64,000 nucleotides of DNA from contig JBMCHT010000002.1 in NCBI GenBank assembly GCA_048617235.1, forward strand, positions 63,899 through 127,898, read 5' to 3'. This stretch comes from Patescibacteria group bacterium. GTDB lineage: Bacteria; Patescibacteriota; Minisyncoccia; Phycocordibacterales; XYD1-FULL-46-19. The translations under genes were made by a program, and so were the position numbers. The notes beneath the pieces are model-generated. The model was given only the letters and a program-made list of their open reading frames with translations. It had not been told where the DNA came from and did no database searches. Within the stretch, counting starts at the first letter, position 1; every line of letters begins with the position of its first letter. Shown piece after piece: positions 48,014 through 58,536 of the stretch.

Positions 48014-49147
48014 ATGATTACAGACACCTCTACACAAAAAGATTCAACCATTGTAGACTCTGAACCGGAATTAATGGACAAACTGGTTCGTCAATCACCC
48101 ATTCCTAAAATAGACAGTGAAGAATTAATAGAAGGCCCGGTTTTAGCTAAAGATAAACAAGCTATATACATTGACTTATCCCCTTTCGGTACCGGTTTAA
48201 TTTTCGGTCGAGAATATCTAAATGCCAGAGATATAATTAAAAAAGTAAAAGTTGGAGATATAGTTACAGCTAAAATAATAAAATGGGAAGGCGAAGATGG
48301 CTATATAGAATTGTCCTTGAAGGAAGCTAAACAAGCCTTGGTTTGGAATGAAGCTGAAAAGTCTACCAAAAATAAAGAAACTTTTGAACTAATGATCAAA
48401 GATGCCAACAAAGGAGGCTTATTAGTTAACTGGAAAGGTATGGATGGTTTTGTGCCGGCTTCTCAATTAAAACCTGAACATTATCCCCGAGTACCAGATG
48501 GTGATAAAGATGAAATTTTAGAAGAATTACAAAAATTGGTTGGTCATCGTTTACGCTTATCCATTATAGGAGCCAATCAAAAAGAAAACAAATTAATCTT
48601 TTCCGAAAAAACTCTCAATCAAGGAGCTAAAAAAGAAATTGTCGGTAAATATGAATTAGGGGACATTATTACCGGGAAAATTACCGGGGCTGTAGATTTT
48701 GGTATTTTTGTGGAAATTGAGGAAGGTTTGGAAGGATTAATCCATATATCCGAAATTAGTTGGAACTTAGTTGAAGATCCTAAAAAAATGTTTGAGGTTG
48801 GAAATGAAATTAAAGCCAAAATTATAGAAATCAAAGATGATAAAATATCTTTATCTATAAAAGCTCTAACTAACAACCCTTGGGAAGAAGCCAAGAAAAA
48901 ATATAAAAAAGGCGACCGAGTTAGCGGAGTAGTTATTAAACACAATAAACACGGTGCTCTAATCAGTATAGAAGAAGGAGTGGCTGGTTTGGTTCATATC
49001 TCCGAATTTAAAGATGAAATGGATTTAAGACAAAAACTGGAATTAGGTAAAACTTATAATGACTTTGTTATAAATCTATTCGAACCCCAAGACCAAAAAA
49101 TGACTTTAATCTATAATCCGGATAAAAAAATAGACGAAAACTCTTAA
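48014..49147 (+). CDS. rpsA: Ribosomal protein S1-like protein (four S1 domains, short form)
   Basis: Repeated S1 OB-fold motifs (GDIVTAKII..., GGLLVNWKGMDGFVPASQL, GDIITGKITGAVDFGIFVEI, GDRVSGVVIKHNKHGALISI). Confidence 0.75.
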   Translation: MITDTSTQKDSTIVDSEPELMDKLVRQSPIPKIDSEELIEGPVLAKDKQAIYIDLSPFGTGLIFGREYLNARDIIKKVKVGDIVTAKIIKWEGEDGYIELSLKEAKQALVWNEAEKSTKNKETFELMIKDANKGGLLVNWKGMDGFVPASQLKPEHYPRVPDGDKDEILEELQKLVGHRLRLSIIGANQKENKLIFSEKTLNQGAKKEIVGKYELGDIITGKITGAVDFGIFVEIEEGLEGLIHISEISWNLVEDPKKMFEVGNEIKAKIIEIKDDKISLSIKALTNNPWEEAKKKYKKGDRVSGVVIKHNKHGALISIEEGVAGLVHISEFKDEMDLRQKLELGKTYNDFVINLFEPQDQKMTLIYNPDKKIDENS

Positions 49148-49734
49148 CAATTACCGGTTATAATTTCTTTTAGTTTTGAATCCGCTTCCGACCAAATTCG
49201 TCCTGGTTCTTGTAATTCAACAGTCGCCGGTCTTAAAACATAATCAGACACGGATTGACCGGCAGGCGGACGCCCAACTCCCAAACGTAAACGAAAAAAA
49301 GAACTACTACCTAAATGTTTAAATATATTCGAAACTCCTTTATGACCACCGGCTCCTCGATCAAAACCACTTCGAACCATTCCCCAATCTAAATCCACAT
49401 CATCATGAACCACTATTAGATTAGCCGGATTTAAGCCATACCGTTTTTTAAAATTAATTACCGCCTTCCCGGAGTTATTCATAAAAACCTCCGGTAATAA
49501 AATATAAATAGACTGACCCCACAATTCCCCTTGAGCCAACAAGCCTTCCAAACGATTATCTAAAGACAACTCCTGCCCTTGCCACTTATCCGATTTATTT
49601 AAATCTTCCAACCATAGCCGACCGGCATTATGTTTAGTCAAAGAATAACGCTTTCCGGGATTACCCAAACCAACCAACAACCAAAAAGAAGAGTCGTCTG
49701 TCTTTTTATTTTTAATAAAAGGCCACCACTTCAT
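49144..49734 (-). CDS. pth: Peptidyl-tRNA hydrolase
   Basis: LLVGLGNPGKRY, HNAG and the IVVHDDVDLDWG motif. Confidence 0.9.
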   Translation of the reverse strand: MKWWPFIKNKKTDDSSFWLLVGLGNPGKRYSLTKHNAGRLWLEDLNKSDKWQGQELSLDNRLEGLLAQGELWGQSIYILLPEVFMNNSGKAVINFKKRYGLNPANLIVVHDDVDLDWGMVRSGFDRGAGGHKGVSNIFKHLGSSSFFRLRLGVGRPPAGQSVSDYVLRPATVELQEPGRIWSEADSKLKEIITGNC

Positions 49735-49831
49735 AATCTTATTATGCTATAATTTTTTTGAAAATGCACTTGCTTATTTTTTCTTGCATTTGTTTATAAG
49801 TTTATAATAAGATAAACTATCTTTTGTTTAT

Positions 49832-50398
49832 ATGAATCAAGAATTAAAACAATCGGTTTTTGAAATAGTTCGTTTTATTTTATTAACCCTGATCATTGTC
49901 ATCCCCATTAGAGCTTATGTGGCTCAACCTTTTATTGTTAGCGGGGTTTCTATGATTCCCACATTTGATAATAATGAATATTTAATTATAGATGAACTGT
50001 CCTATCATTTTAGAGACCCTCAACGTGGCGAAGTAATAGTTTTTCGTTTTCCCAACGATCAAAATAAATTTTTTATAAAAAGAATAATAGGATTACCCAA
50101 AGAAACAATCAATATTCAAAACGGGAAAATATCTGTTACTTCTCCCTCGGGCGACACTTGGGAAATGAATGAACCTTACATCGAAGAAACAGAAATAAAT
50201 AGTCAAAAACAATCTTTTACTTTATCAGAAGATGAATATTTAGTCTTAGGAGACAACCGTCAACATAGTTCAGATTCTCGAGTATGGGGTCCGGTTGTAA
50301 AAAATTTAATTGAAGGTCGAGCTCTTGTTAGATTATTCCCTTTAAGTCATATCAGTTGGCGACCGGGAGATTTCAGTCAACATTACCTTAATAATTAA
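49832..50398 (+). CDS. lepB: Signal peptidase I
   Basis: The catalytic Ser box SGVSMIPTF, the Lys box FIKRIIGLPKE and LVLGDNRQHSSDSR. Confidence 0.9.
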   Translation: MNQELKQSVFEIVRFILLTLIIVIPIRAYVAQPFIVSGVSMIPTFDNNEYLIIDELSYHFRDPQRGEVIVFRFPNDQNKFFIKRIIGLPKETINIQNGKISVTSPSGDTWEMNEPYIEETEINSQKQSFTLSEDEYLVLGDNRQHSSDSRVWGPVVKNLIEGRALVRLFPLSHISWRPGDFSQHYLNN

Positions 50399-50411
50399 TC
50401 AAATCAATAAT

Positions 50412-51716
50412 ATGCCCAGTAAAAAAAATCGTTCTCAATTTGAATTAAAAACTCCTAAAGGTACCCGAGACTTAATTGGAGAAGAAGTTTTTCAACTTTC
50501 CGGATTTGCCGAAAAAGCCTCGGAGATTGCCCGTTATTACGGCTTCCAAGCAATTGAAACTCCGATGATAGAAAAAGAAGAATTATTTAATCGTGGCATT
50601 GGTACCGGTACCGATATTATAGATAAAGAAATTTATAATCTGAAAACCAAAGGAGGTGATCATTTAGCTCTCCGACCGGAAGGTACCGCTCCAATTATTA
50701 GAGCCTATTTTGAACATGGCCTCCAATCTAAACCACAACCGGTAATGTTTTATTATTTTGGGCCTTTCTTTCGCCACGATAAACCTCAAAAAGGTCGCTG
50801 GCGTCAATTTTGGCAATTTGGTTTGGAAATACTAGGATCCAAACACAGTATTTCCGATGCCACTATTATTAGACTTAATTATCTAATTCTAGAAACAATT
50901 GGTTTAAAAAATCCAGTTGTTAATATCAATAGTTTAGGAGATACTGAATGTCGTTTGGCTTTTCAAAAAGATCTAAATGCTTATTACCGCAAAAATGCCA
51001 AAAATATATGTGCCGACTGCCGTCAAAGATTAAAAACAAACCCTTTAAGAGTTTTAGATTGTAAAAGCGATAAATGCCAACCCATTAAAGCTGAAGCTCC
51101 GCAAATACTTAATTACCTCAATCCGGAAAGCAAAAAACACTTTCAAGAAGTTTTAGAATATTTAGATAAAATGAAAATAGATTATGAAATAGATCCTTTA
51201 ATGGTTCGTGGTTTGGATTATTATAATCGAACAGTTTTTGAAATAAAATTACCAATAACCGATGAAGAAGGTAAGACCACAGATTTAGCCGTTAGTGCCG
51301 GTGGACGCTATGATAGTCTTAGTAAAATATTAGGAGAAAAAAAAGAATTACCGGCTGTTGGTTCTTCTATTGGAGTTGATAGATTATTAATGCTTGATGA
51401 AACCAATCACTTAAAACCCAAAGCGATTAAAAATCCTAAAATCTATTTTATACAATTGAGCCAAGAAGCTAAAATGAAAAGCTTTGAAATCATAGAGATT
51501 TTGAGAGCGGCTAAAATTCCCATTACCCACTCTATAGCCAAAAATTCATTATCTGCCCAATTGGGAATAGCCGAGAAATCCAAAGCTTCTTATGTTATTA
51601 TCTTAGGTCAAAAAGAAGCCTTAGATAATACAGTTATTGTCCGCAATCTTAAAAATAGATCTCAGGATACCATAGCTATAGATAAATTATCTCAATACCT
51701 TAAAAAACTTAAGTAA
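50412..51716 (+). CDS. hisS: Histidyl-tRNA synthetase
   Basis: Class II motifs (PKGTRD, LRPEGTAP, FRHDKPQKGRWRQF) and a C-terminal anticodon-binding domain. Confidence 0.9.
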   Translation: MPSKKNRSQFELKTPKGTRDLIGEEVFQLSGFAEKASEIARYYGFQAIETPMIEKEELFNRGIGTGTDIIDKEIYNLKTKGGDHLALRPEGTAPIIRAYFEHGLQSKPQPVMFYYFGPFFRHDKPQKGRWRQFWQFGLEILGSKHSISDATIIRLNYLILETIGLKNPVVNINSLGDTECRLAFQKDLNAYYRKNAKNICADCRQRLKTNPLRVLDCKSDKCQPIKAEAPQILNYLNPESKKHFQEVLEYLDKMKIDYEIDPLMVRGLDYYNRTVFEIKLPITDEEGKTTDLAVSAGGRYDSLSKILGEKKELPAVGSSIGVDRLLMLDETNHLKPKAIKNPKIYFIQLSQEAKMKSFEIIEILRAAKIPITHSIAKNSLSAQLGIAEKSKASYVIILGQKEALDNTVIVRNLKNRSQDTIAIDKLSQYLKKLK

Positions 51717-51743
51717 GAAAAAGCTTGATTTTCTTAAGGAAAA

Positions 51744-51986
51744 ATGGTAAATTCTCAAAGTATGGTAAAAAGTATAGAAGTAACAAAAAACTCAAACGAA
51801 TCTAACGCTAATCTGCTACGGCGTTTTAGTCGTCGAGCCAGAAATTCCGGTTTATTACGCAAAGTCCGTTCTTTACGCTATTACCAAAGAAATCAATCAG
51901 AAGCTAAAAAGAAAGAAAGCGCCCTGAATCGTCTTCACAAATTAGAAGAGATAGAAAGAGATAAAAAACTAGGTAAAATAAAATAA
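51744..51986 (+). CDS. rpsU: 30S ribosomal protein S21
   Basis: LLRRFSRRARNSGLLRKVRSLRYYQ matches the S21 pattern. Confidence 0.75.
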   Translation: MVNSQSMVKSIEVTKNSNESNANLLRRFSRRARNSGLLRKVRSLRYYQRNQSEAKKKESALNRLHKLEEIERDKKLGKIK

Positions 51987-51996
51987 CAAACCGGCA

Positions 51997-52377
51997 ATGT
52001 TAACTATCACCAATTGCACTCAAACCAAAACTCCGAAAAAGTTGCCGCTTACCAAAGCGGCTTCTTTAATTTTGGGAGAAAATTACGATTTAAGTTTAGT
52101 GATTGTCGGTTCAACCAAGATGAAAAGTTTAAATAAACAATATAGACAAAAAGAAACCGCCGCCAATATCTTAAGCTTTCCTTTATCTAAAACCGTCGGA
52201 GAAATTTTTATTAATAAAGATAAAATTAAATCGGAAAGTAAAAAATTTAAACTAACTCCTAATAAATATTTTATCTATTTATTTATCCACGGTTGCTTAC
52301 ATTTGAAAGGAATGACACATAGTAGTAAAATGGAGGAAAAGGAACAGACCATAATGTCTGTGCTTGGATTATTATAA
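51997..52377 (+). CDS. ybeY: rRNA maturation endoribonuclease YbeY
   Basis: The metal motif HGCLHLKGMTH (HxxxHxxxxxH). Confidence 0.85.
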   Translation: MLTITNCTQTKTPKKLPLTKAASLILGENYDLSLVIVGSTKMKSLNKQYRQKETAANILSFPLSKTVGEIFINKDKIKSESKKFKLTPNKYFIYLFIHGCLHLKGMTHSSKMEEKEQTIMSVLGLL

Positions 52378-53537
52378 TGTCTTCCTACATTGCCACCGGT
52401 TTAGATATCGGCACCGCCTCCATCAGAGTGGCGGTGTGCGAAATCAAACCCAATCATAAACCAAAAGTTTTAGCTTTAGCCAGTCGCCCTTCGCGAGGTC
52501 TTCGTCGTGGTTATATCCTCCAATTTGATGAAGCAGTGGAATCTATCAAAGAAACCATTAAAGAAGCCGAGAGACAGTCCGGTTTAAAAATAAAAAAAGT
52601 ATATGCCGGTATTGGTGGTATTAATTTGGAATCAAAAGCAGTGGATGGAAGTATAATTTTACCTCAAGCCGATCAAGAAATTAAAGAAGTAGATATCCGC
52701 AAAGCCATAGAAGCCAGCACTGCCAACCTGCCGGATGCTATTAACAAAACGGTTATTCACCACATCCCCATCGGTTTTAAAGTTGACAGCAAAAAAATTA
52801 TGGGACGACCTGAAGGAATATATGGTAGCAAATTGGAAGCCAAAACCGTTTTAGTTTATTCTTCCAGTCATCATCTAAAAGATTTAATTACCGCCATAGA
52901 AACCGCCGGTTTACAAATAGAAGATATAATAGCTTCTCCTTTGGCCGCCGGTTATGCCGTTTTAAATAAAATTCAAAAAAATGCCGGTTGTGTTTTGGTT
53001 AATATTGGTTCGCAAACAACCTCAATAGTGGTTTTTGAGGAAGGAATCCCCGTTTCTCTTCAAGTATTTCCAATCGGATCAACTGACATTACCAATGATA
53101 TTGCTCTCGGATTTAAGATTCCTTTAGAAGATGCTGAAAGAATAAAATTAGGGGAATCGGATTCAAATTCACCTAAAAAAAAGTTAGAGGAGATTATAGA
53201 AGCCCGTTTATCAGATATTTTTGAATTTATAGAAAATCATTTAAAAAAAATGGGGCGTAACGGTTTATTACCGGCCGGAGTCATAATGACCGGCGGCGGT
53301 TCCGGTATAGACAATATGGAAAAATTGGCTATGCAATATTTCGACCTGCCGGCACAAATCGCTCTACCCACCGTTTCCGCCAATTCTCGGAATCAAATAA
53401 CGGATCCGGCTTGGTCGGTTGCTTATGGTTTATGTCTTTTCAGTCAAGAAGCCGACGGTGAAGAATCTATGGGAATTAAAATAGCCAAAAATACCGGCCT
53501 AAACATTGTTAAATGGTTAAAAGAATTAATGCCTTAA
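52377..53537 (+). CDS. ftsA: Cell division protein FtsA
   Basis: An actin-fold N-terminus (GLDIGTASIRVAV), a later GGGS region, and a TAATG overlap with ybeY. Confidence 0.9.
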   Translation: MSSYIATGLDIGTASIRVAVCEIKPNHKPKVLALASRPSRGLRRGYILQFDEAVESIKETIKEAERQSGLKIKKVYAGIGGINLESKAVDGSIILPQADQEIKEVDIRKAIEASTANLPDAINKTVIHHIPIGFKVDSKKIMGRPEGIYGSKLEAKTVLVYSSSHHLKDLITAIETAGLQIEDIIASPLAAGYAVLNKIQKNAGCVLVNIGSQTTSIVVFEEGIPVSLQVFPIGSTDITNDIALGFKIPLEDAERIKLGESDSNSPKKKLEEIIEARLSDIFEFIENHLKKMGRNGLLPAGVIMTGGGSGIDNMEKLAMQYFDLPAQIALPTVSANSRNQITDPAWSVAYGLCLFSQEADGEESMGIKIAKNTGLNIVKWLKELMP

Positions 53538-53642
53538 AATAACCATTTTTTAATACAGAATAATCAATTTCCACTCCCCTTTATTTTTTTCTCTTAATTT
53601 GCTAGAATTGAGAGCAATAATAATATTAACAGATTCCATTTT

Positions 53643-54830
53643 ATGCCTAAAATACAACCGGAAGTAGAAGCCTTCGCCCGCATTAAAGTTATAGGAGTGG
53701 GTGGTTCAGGCACCAATGCAATTAACCATATGGTTAATTCCAAAGTTAAAGGAGTGGAGTTTATAACTCTCAATACCGATGCTCAACATTTACATAAATC
53801 AATTGCTCAAAAAAAAGTTCACATCGGTAAAAACTTAACCAGAGGCCTAGGTACCGGCATGGATCCGGAGGTCGGTCGCAAAGCGGCTGAAGAATCCCTG
53901 GAAGATATTCAAAATGTAATCAAAGGAGCAGATATGGTTTTCATTTCCGGCGGTATGGGTGGCGGTACCGGTACCGGAGCCGCTCCAGTAATTGCCAGAA
54001 CCGCTAAAGAACAAGGAGCTCTAACTATTGGTGTAATTACCAGACCATTCTTTTTTGAAGGCCCCCGCCGTATGGCTTTGGCCGAACAGGGTATAGCCGA
54101 ACTCCAAAAAGAAGTAGATGCTATCATAATCATCCCTAATGACAGACTATTTGGTATCATTTCTAAAGACACTACCGCCGATTCCGCTTTCGCTATGTGT
54201 GATGAAGTCCTTCGTCAGGCGGTTGAAGGCATTTCCAATATTATTACCATCCCAGGTATTATTAATGTAGACTTTGCAGACATCAGAGCCATTATGCAAA
54301 ATGCCGGCTCAGCTTTGATGGGTATCGGTTCAGCCGCTGGAGAAAACAGGGCGGTAGAATCAGCTCAAATGGCTATTAACTCCCCACTATTGGATTTATC
54401 CGTTGAAGGAGCCAAAGGGGTTCTCTTCACTATTGCCGGTGGACCAGACTTAACCATGTTTGAAATTCAAGAAGCAGCTAAGGCTATAACCGAATCCATA
54501 GATAAAGACGCTAAGGTTATTTTCGGAGCAATCCATGACGATAAATTAAAGAAAAACGAAATTCAAATTACGGTTATTGCTTGTGGTTTTCCTGAAAATT
54601 CCACCAAAAACAATTCTTCAGTAAATGAAGTAACCGAAGATAAAAAAGAGACCACACAACCTCAACAAACTAATTTTGAAGACAATCAAGCAGCTATCAG
54701 AAAAGCCCTGGGGAAAAACAATGACAGATTTCCATCTTCAGCTAATGATCAAAAAACAAATAATCAAGCCGAAACTGACGATGATGACTGGTCATCTATT
54801 CCGGCTTTTCTGCGTCGAGGTAAAAAATAA
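53643..54830 (+). CDS. ftsZ: Cell division GTPase FtsZ
   Basis: GVGGSGTNAINHM and the tubulin signature GGGTGTGAAPVIA. Confidence 0.95.
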   Translation: MPKIQPEVEAFARIKVIGVGGSGTNAINHMVNSKVKGVEFITLNTDAQHLHKSIAQKKVHIGKNLTRGLGTGMDPEVGRKAAEESLEDIQNVIKGADMVFISGGMGGGTGTGAAPVIARTAKEQGALTIGVITRPFFFEGPRRMALAEQGIAELQKEVDAIIIIPNDRLFGIISKDTTADSAFAMCDEVLRQAVEGISNIITIPGIINVDFADIRAIMQNAGSALMGIGSAAGENRAVESAQMAINSPLLDLSVEGAKGVLFTIAGGPDLTMFEIQEAAKAITESIDKDAKVIFGAIHDDKLKKNEIQITVIACGFPENSTKNNSSVNEVTEDKKETTQPQQTNFEDNQAAIRKALGKNNDRFPSSANDQKTNNQAETDDDDWSSIPAFLRRGKK

Positions 54831-54850
54831 AAATTTTTAAAAAATTTATT

Positions 54851-55777
54851 ATGATTTATGATCTTGCCATTATTGGAGGTGGTCCGGCCGGAGTAGCTGC
54901 CGGGGTTTATGCTGCCAGAAAAAAATTAAACACTTTATTTATTACTAAAGATTTTGGGGGTCAATCAATAGTCTCTCCGGCTATTCATAATTGGATTGGA
55001 GAACCAACCATTGCTGGCTCTGAACTGGCTAAAAAATTGGAAAATCATTTAAGGCAATATGAAAATAATTCTTTAAAAATAATTACCGGAGAAACAGCAA
55101 CTTCTGTCACCGGCCAAGCGGGTAATTTTAAAATTGAAACCGAACAAAAAACTTATCAAACTAAAACCGTACTAGTAACTACCGGCAGCAATCGTCGTCG
55201 CCTCCCAGCTACCGGAGCTGATCAATTTGAACATAAAGGTTTAACTTATTGTGCCTCCTGTGATGGCCCCATGTTTGCCGATCAAGATGTAGCGGTTATT
55301 GGCGGTGGCAATGCCGGCTTTGAAACCGCTACCCAATTACTGGCTTATTGTAAAAGTGTTACCTTAATACACCGAAGGTCAGAATTTAAAGCTGACGCTA
55401 TTACTATCGAAAAAGTAAAAGCTAATCCTAAAATGACCATAATTACCGAGGCCGACATCCTCTCGGTGGAAGGCGATAATTTCGTTACCGGTTTAACTTA
55501 TAAAGACAAAAAAACCGGCCAAGAAAAACAACTGGCAGTTACCGGTATTTTTGTAGAAATCGGCTTATTACCGAATACTGAAATGGTTGAAGATTTAATA
55601 GCCCTTAATCAAAATAAAGCTATAATCACCAATCCTAAAAATCAAAAAACTGAAACAGACGGTATTTGGGCCGCTGGTGATTGCACAGACGGTTTATATC
55701 AACAAAACAATATTGCCGCCGGTGATGCTATTAAGGCCTTGGAAGATATTTATACCTATATTAAAATTAATCTCTAG
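54851..55777 (+). CDS. trxB: Thioredoxin-disulfide reductase
   Basis: An FAD motif GGGPAGVAAG, the redox CASCDG and an NADPH motif GGGNAG. Confidence 0.85.
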   Translation: MIYDLAIIGGGPAGVAAGVYAARKKLNTLFITKDFGGQSIVSPAIHNWIGEPTIAGSELAKKLENHLRQYENNSLKIITGETATSVTGQAGNFKIETEQKTYQTKTVLVTTGSNRRRLPATGADQFEHKGLTYCASCDGPMFADQDVAVIGGGNAGFETATQLLAYCKSVTLIHRRSEFKADAITIEKVKANPKMTIITEADILSVEGDNFVTGLTYKDKKTGQEKQLAVTGIFVEIGLLPNTEMVEDLIALNQNKAIITNPKNQKTETDGIWAAGDCTDGLYQQNNIAAGDAIKALEDIYTYIKINL

Positions 55778-55785
55778 AAGATTCA

Positions 55786-55856
55786 GCGAGTATAGTTTAG
55801 TGGTAGAATGTAACCTTCCCAAGGTTGAGACGGGGGTTCGATTCCCCCTACTCGCA
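55786..55856 (+). tRNA. tRNA-Gly (anticodon CCC)
   Basis: Hand-folded: acceptor GCGAGTA/TACTCGC, anticodon arm TAACC-TTCCCAA-GGTTG. Confidence 0.8.
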
Positions 55857-55867
55857 CTTTAAATTTT

Positions 55868-56059
55868 ATGTCTCAACAACTATTTTCAATCTTAAGAAAA
55901 ACCATTGGGATTATTCTTATTGTTCTTGGTATAATCGGCTCACTTATGCCGATCCCTCTTATCCCTTTCTTTTTATTGACAATTGCCGGTCTTGGACTAA
56001 TTGGGATAAAACCGGAAACCATAGATAGAATAAAACAAAAGTTTTTAAATAAAAAATAA
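55868..56059 (+). CDS. Small 2-TM membrane protein
   Basis: 63 aa and hydrophobic, directly after tRNA-Gly. Confidence 0.4.
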   Translation: MSQQLFSILRKTIGIILIVLGIIGSLMPIPLIPFFLLTIAGLGLIGIKPETIDRIKQKFLNKK

Positions 56060-56103
56060 AAAATTATTGCGAAAACATTTTTTTTCGGATATTCTTTGTT
56101 TAC

Positions 56104-57417
56104 ATGAAAAAAACATTAAAAAAAATATTACCAACCAAATTACTGATTGTCTACCATTATTTTTTAGCCAAGATTGCTACCATAATTTACGGCTTCCCGG
56201 CTAAAAAAATGATTATCATTGGAGTTACTGGTACCAAAGGTAAAACCTCCACTATTAATTTCATTCATGCTTGCCTACAAGCCGGAGGTTTAAAAACCGG
56301 CCTCATCAGCACCGCCAATATTCGTATCGGCCAAAAAGAACAATTAAATAAATTTCATATGACCATGCCCGGTCGGTTTACTATTCAAAAATTAATGAAA
56401 CAAATGGTTGATCAAGATTGTCGTTATTGTTTAGTGGAAACTACTTCCGAGGGTTTAAAACAATATCGACATATTGGAGTTTATTATGATATCGCTGTTT
56501 TTACCAACCTAACTCCGGAACACCTCCCCTCTCATAACAATAGTTTTGAAAAATACCGCCAAGCCAAATTAAAGATGTTCAAAACTTTATCAACTCATAA
56601 AAAAATTATAAACAATCAGCCGGTAGAAAAAATAATCATTGCCAATTCCGATAGTGATCAAGTTAATCATTTTCTTAAACCGCAGGCCGACAAAAAAATA
56701 ACTTTCGGTTTAAATAAACCAGCCGACTATACCGCTTTAAATATTCAAACAACTGAAACTGATATTAATTTTTCTGTTAAAAATTCACTCTTTTCTCTTA
56801 GTCTTCCCGGCAGATTTAATATCTACAATGCCCTTCCGGCTATAATAATCGGACACTTAGCCAATTTAAGTGATCAAACAATTAATCAAGGTTTGAAAAA
56901 TTTAACCTTAATTCCCGGCCGTATGGAAATTATTAAACATAATCAAAATTTTAAAGTTTTTGTTGATTACGCTCATGAAAAAGAAAGTTTAACCGGTGTC
57001 TTAACTACCGCCGGTAACCTTAAAAAAGACAATGGTAAAATTATAGTTTTATTGGGAGCCGAAGGTGGTGGTCGAGATAAAGCCAAAAGACCGGCTATGG
57101 GTGAAGTAGCTGCTAAATTAGCTGATTATATTATAGTCAGCAATGTTGACCCTTATGATGATGATCCTCAGGTTATTTTAGAAGATATCGCCAAAGCAAC
57201 CGAAAAATTTGGTAAAACCAGAAATCAAAATTTATTTGTCATAGAAGACAGACGACAAGGAATAAACAAAGCCTTAACTTTAGCTCAGGATGAAGATGTA
57301 GTAATAATCACCGGCAAAGGAGCCGAGCAATCAATGATTATTGGCTCCGAAACAATTCCTTGGGATGATCGAAAAGTGGTTAGAGAAGAGTTAGAGAAAA
57401 TTGAAAAAAATAAATAA
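56104..57417 (+). CDS. Mur ligase family protein (MurE/MurF-like)
   Basis: The ATP-binding motif IIGVTGTKGKTST and a Mur ligase middle/C-terminal domain pattern (VDYAHEKESL). Confidence 0.75.
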   Translation: MKKTLKKILPTKLLIVYHYFLAKIATIIYGFPAKKMIIIGVTGTKGKTSTINFIHACLQAGGLKTGLISTANIRIGQKEQLNKFHMTMPGRFTIQKLMKQMVDQDCRYCLVETTSEGLKQYRHIGVYYDIAVFTNLTPEHLPSHNNSFEKYRQAKLKMFKTLSTHKKIINNQPVEKIIIANSDSDQVNHFLKPQADKKITFGLNKPADYTALNIQTTETDINFSVKNSLFSLSLPGRFNIYNALPAIIIGHLANLSDQTINQGLKNLTLIPGRMEIIKHNQNFKVFVDYAHEKESLTGVLTTAGNLKKDNGKIIVLLGAEGGGRDKAKRPAMGEVAAKLADYIIVSNVDPYDDDPQVILEDIAKATEKFGKTRNQNLFVIEDRRQGINKALTLAQDEDVVIITGKGAEQSMIIGSETIPWDDRKVVREELEKIEKNK

Positions 57418-57423
57418 TTAGAT

Positions 57424-58032
57424 TTAAATATTAAATCTTTTTTTAAAATAACCGGGAGTATAAGAAGAATAATCAAAAACCTCATTGGATTCCTTATTTA
57501 ATTTTTTAATATAATCAAAAAATTGTTGCTGATTAAATATATCTAATTCTAAATCCAAACAAACTTTTTCTATTTCTTTTAACACAGAAACGCTATTAAA
57601 AGAATTAGTCATTTTTTCTGCTTCATAATAATAACTGTGTCCAGGCACTTCAACTAAAGCAAACTCAATTTCTTTATACTTATAAATTTTACTTTTTCTA
57701 ACACACAACATTCCTTTTATGTAACCCAATTCTGCAAACATTTGAACCAAAATATCAAATTCACCCATAGTAAAAACAGAAAGTTCTTTTCGGATATCAG
57801 ATCCTCCCCAATTACCTAATTTAATTATTATTTCCGGTTTACCGTTAGTAACTCTTAATCTTATATCTTTATTTCTATTTTCAATTCCTCCAGTCAAAAA
57901 AGTAGAATAATCTATTAAAATTCTTTCTTTTTCCCCAGAAACCTCAGCTTGGTCTTTAAAAAAATTATTTAATTTTTCAAATTCAGTCTGAGAGAGAGGT
58001 CCTCGTAACTCAACTTCAATATTTTTATCCAT
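57424..58032 (-). CDS. Hypothetical protein, possibly CYTH-like
   Basis: The N-terminal IEVELRG resembles the CYTH ExExK motif. This is a weak call. Confidence 0.3.
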   Translation of the reverse strand: MDKNIEVELRGPLSQTEFEKLNNFFKDQAEVSGEKERILIDYSTFLTGGIENRNKDIRLRVTNGKPEIIIKLGNWGGSDIRKELSVFTMGEFDILVQMFAELGYIKGMLCVRKSKIYKYKEIEFALVEVPGHSYYYEAEKMTNSFNSVSVLKEIEKVCLDLELDIFNQQQFFDYIKKLNKESNEVFDYSSYTPGYFKKRFNI

Positions 58033-58064
58033 AATAAAATTATAAAATCAATTTAAATATATAA

Positions 58065-58532
58065 TTAAACAATCCGCCCACCATGATAACGACCATAATA
58101 AACTAATTTATTATTTAAATAAATATTTTCTTCACCAAAAAAACGATTAATTTCACCGCTAATTTTATTAAGATACAGACTATCCTTTAACATAAATTCT
58201 TTTGGCCCTCTAACCGGTAAAATATCTTCGCAATCTGCCATCAAAGCCGGGCGTAATATTTTATAAGCTTCTCGAGTAGATATTTGAGACTCAATTATAT
58301 AACCACAATAATTCATCCCCCAAATTGGTTGATTATCTTTATAAACAATTTCTTCACCAATAAAATCTCTACTGCCAAAATAAGTATCATGGTAAATTAA
58401 ACCATCTTGTTCATAATGGTAATCCTCTGAAGCCGGCCTTAAAGATTTTGCCTTGGGAGCCAATTGATTAGCATAAGTTGCCTTTTTGGCAATTCCAAGA
58501 AAAATCATCAATTCTTTATCTGAAATTAACAT
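58065..58532 (-). CDS. Hypothetical protein
   Basis: A 155-aa ORF with no recognisable motif. Confidence 0.45.
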   Translation of the reverse strand: MLISDKELMIFLGIAKKATYANQLAPKAKSLRPASEDYHYEQDGLIYHDTYFGSRDFIGEEIVYKDNQPIWGMNYCGYIIESQISTREAYKILRPALMADCEDILPVRGPKEFMLKDSLYLNKISGEINRFFGEENIYLNNKLVYYGRYHGGRIV

Positions 58533-58536
58533 AATT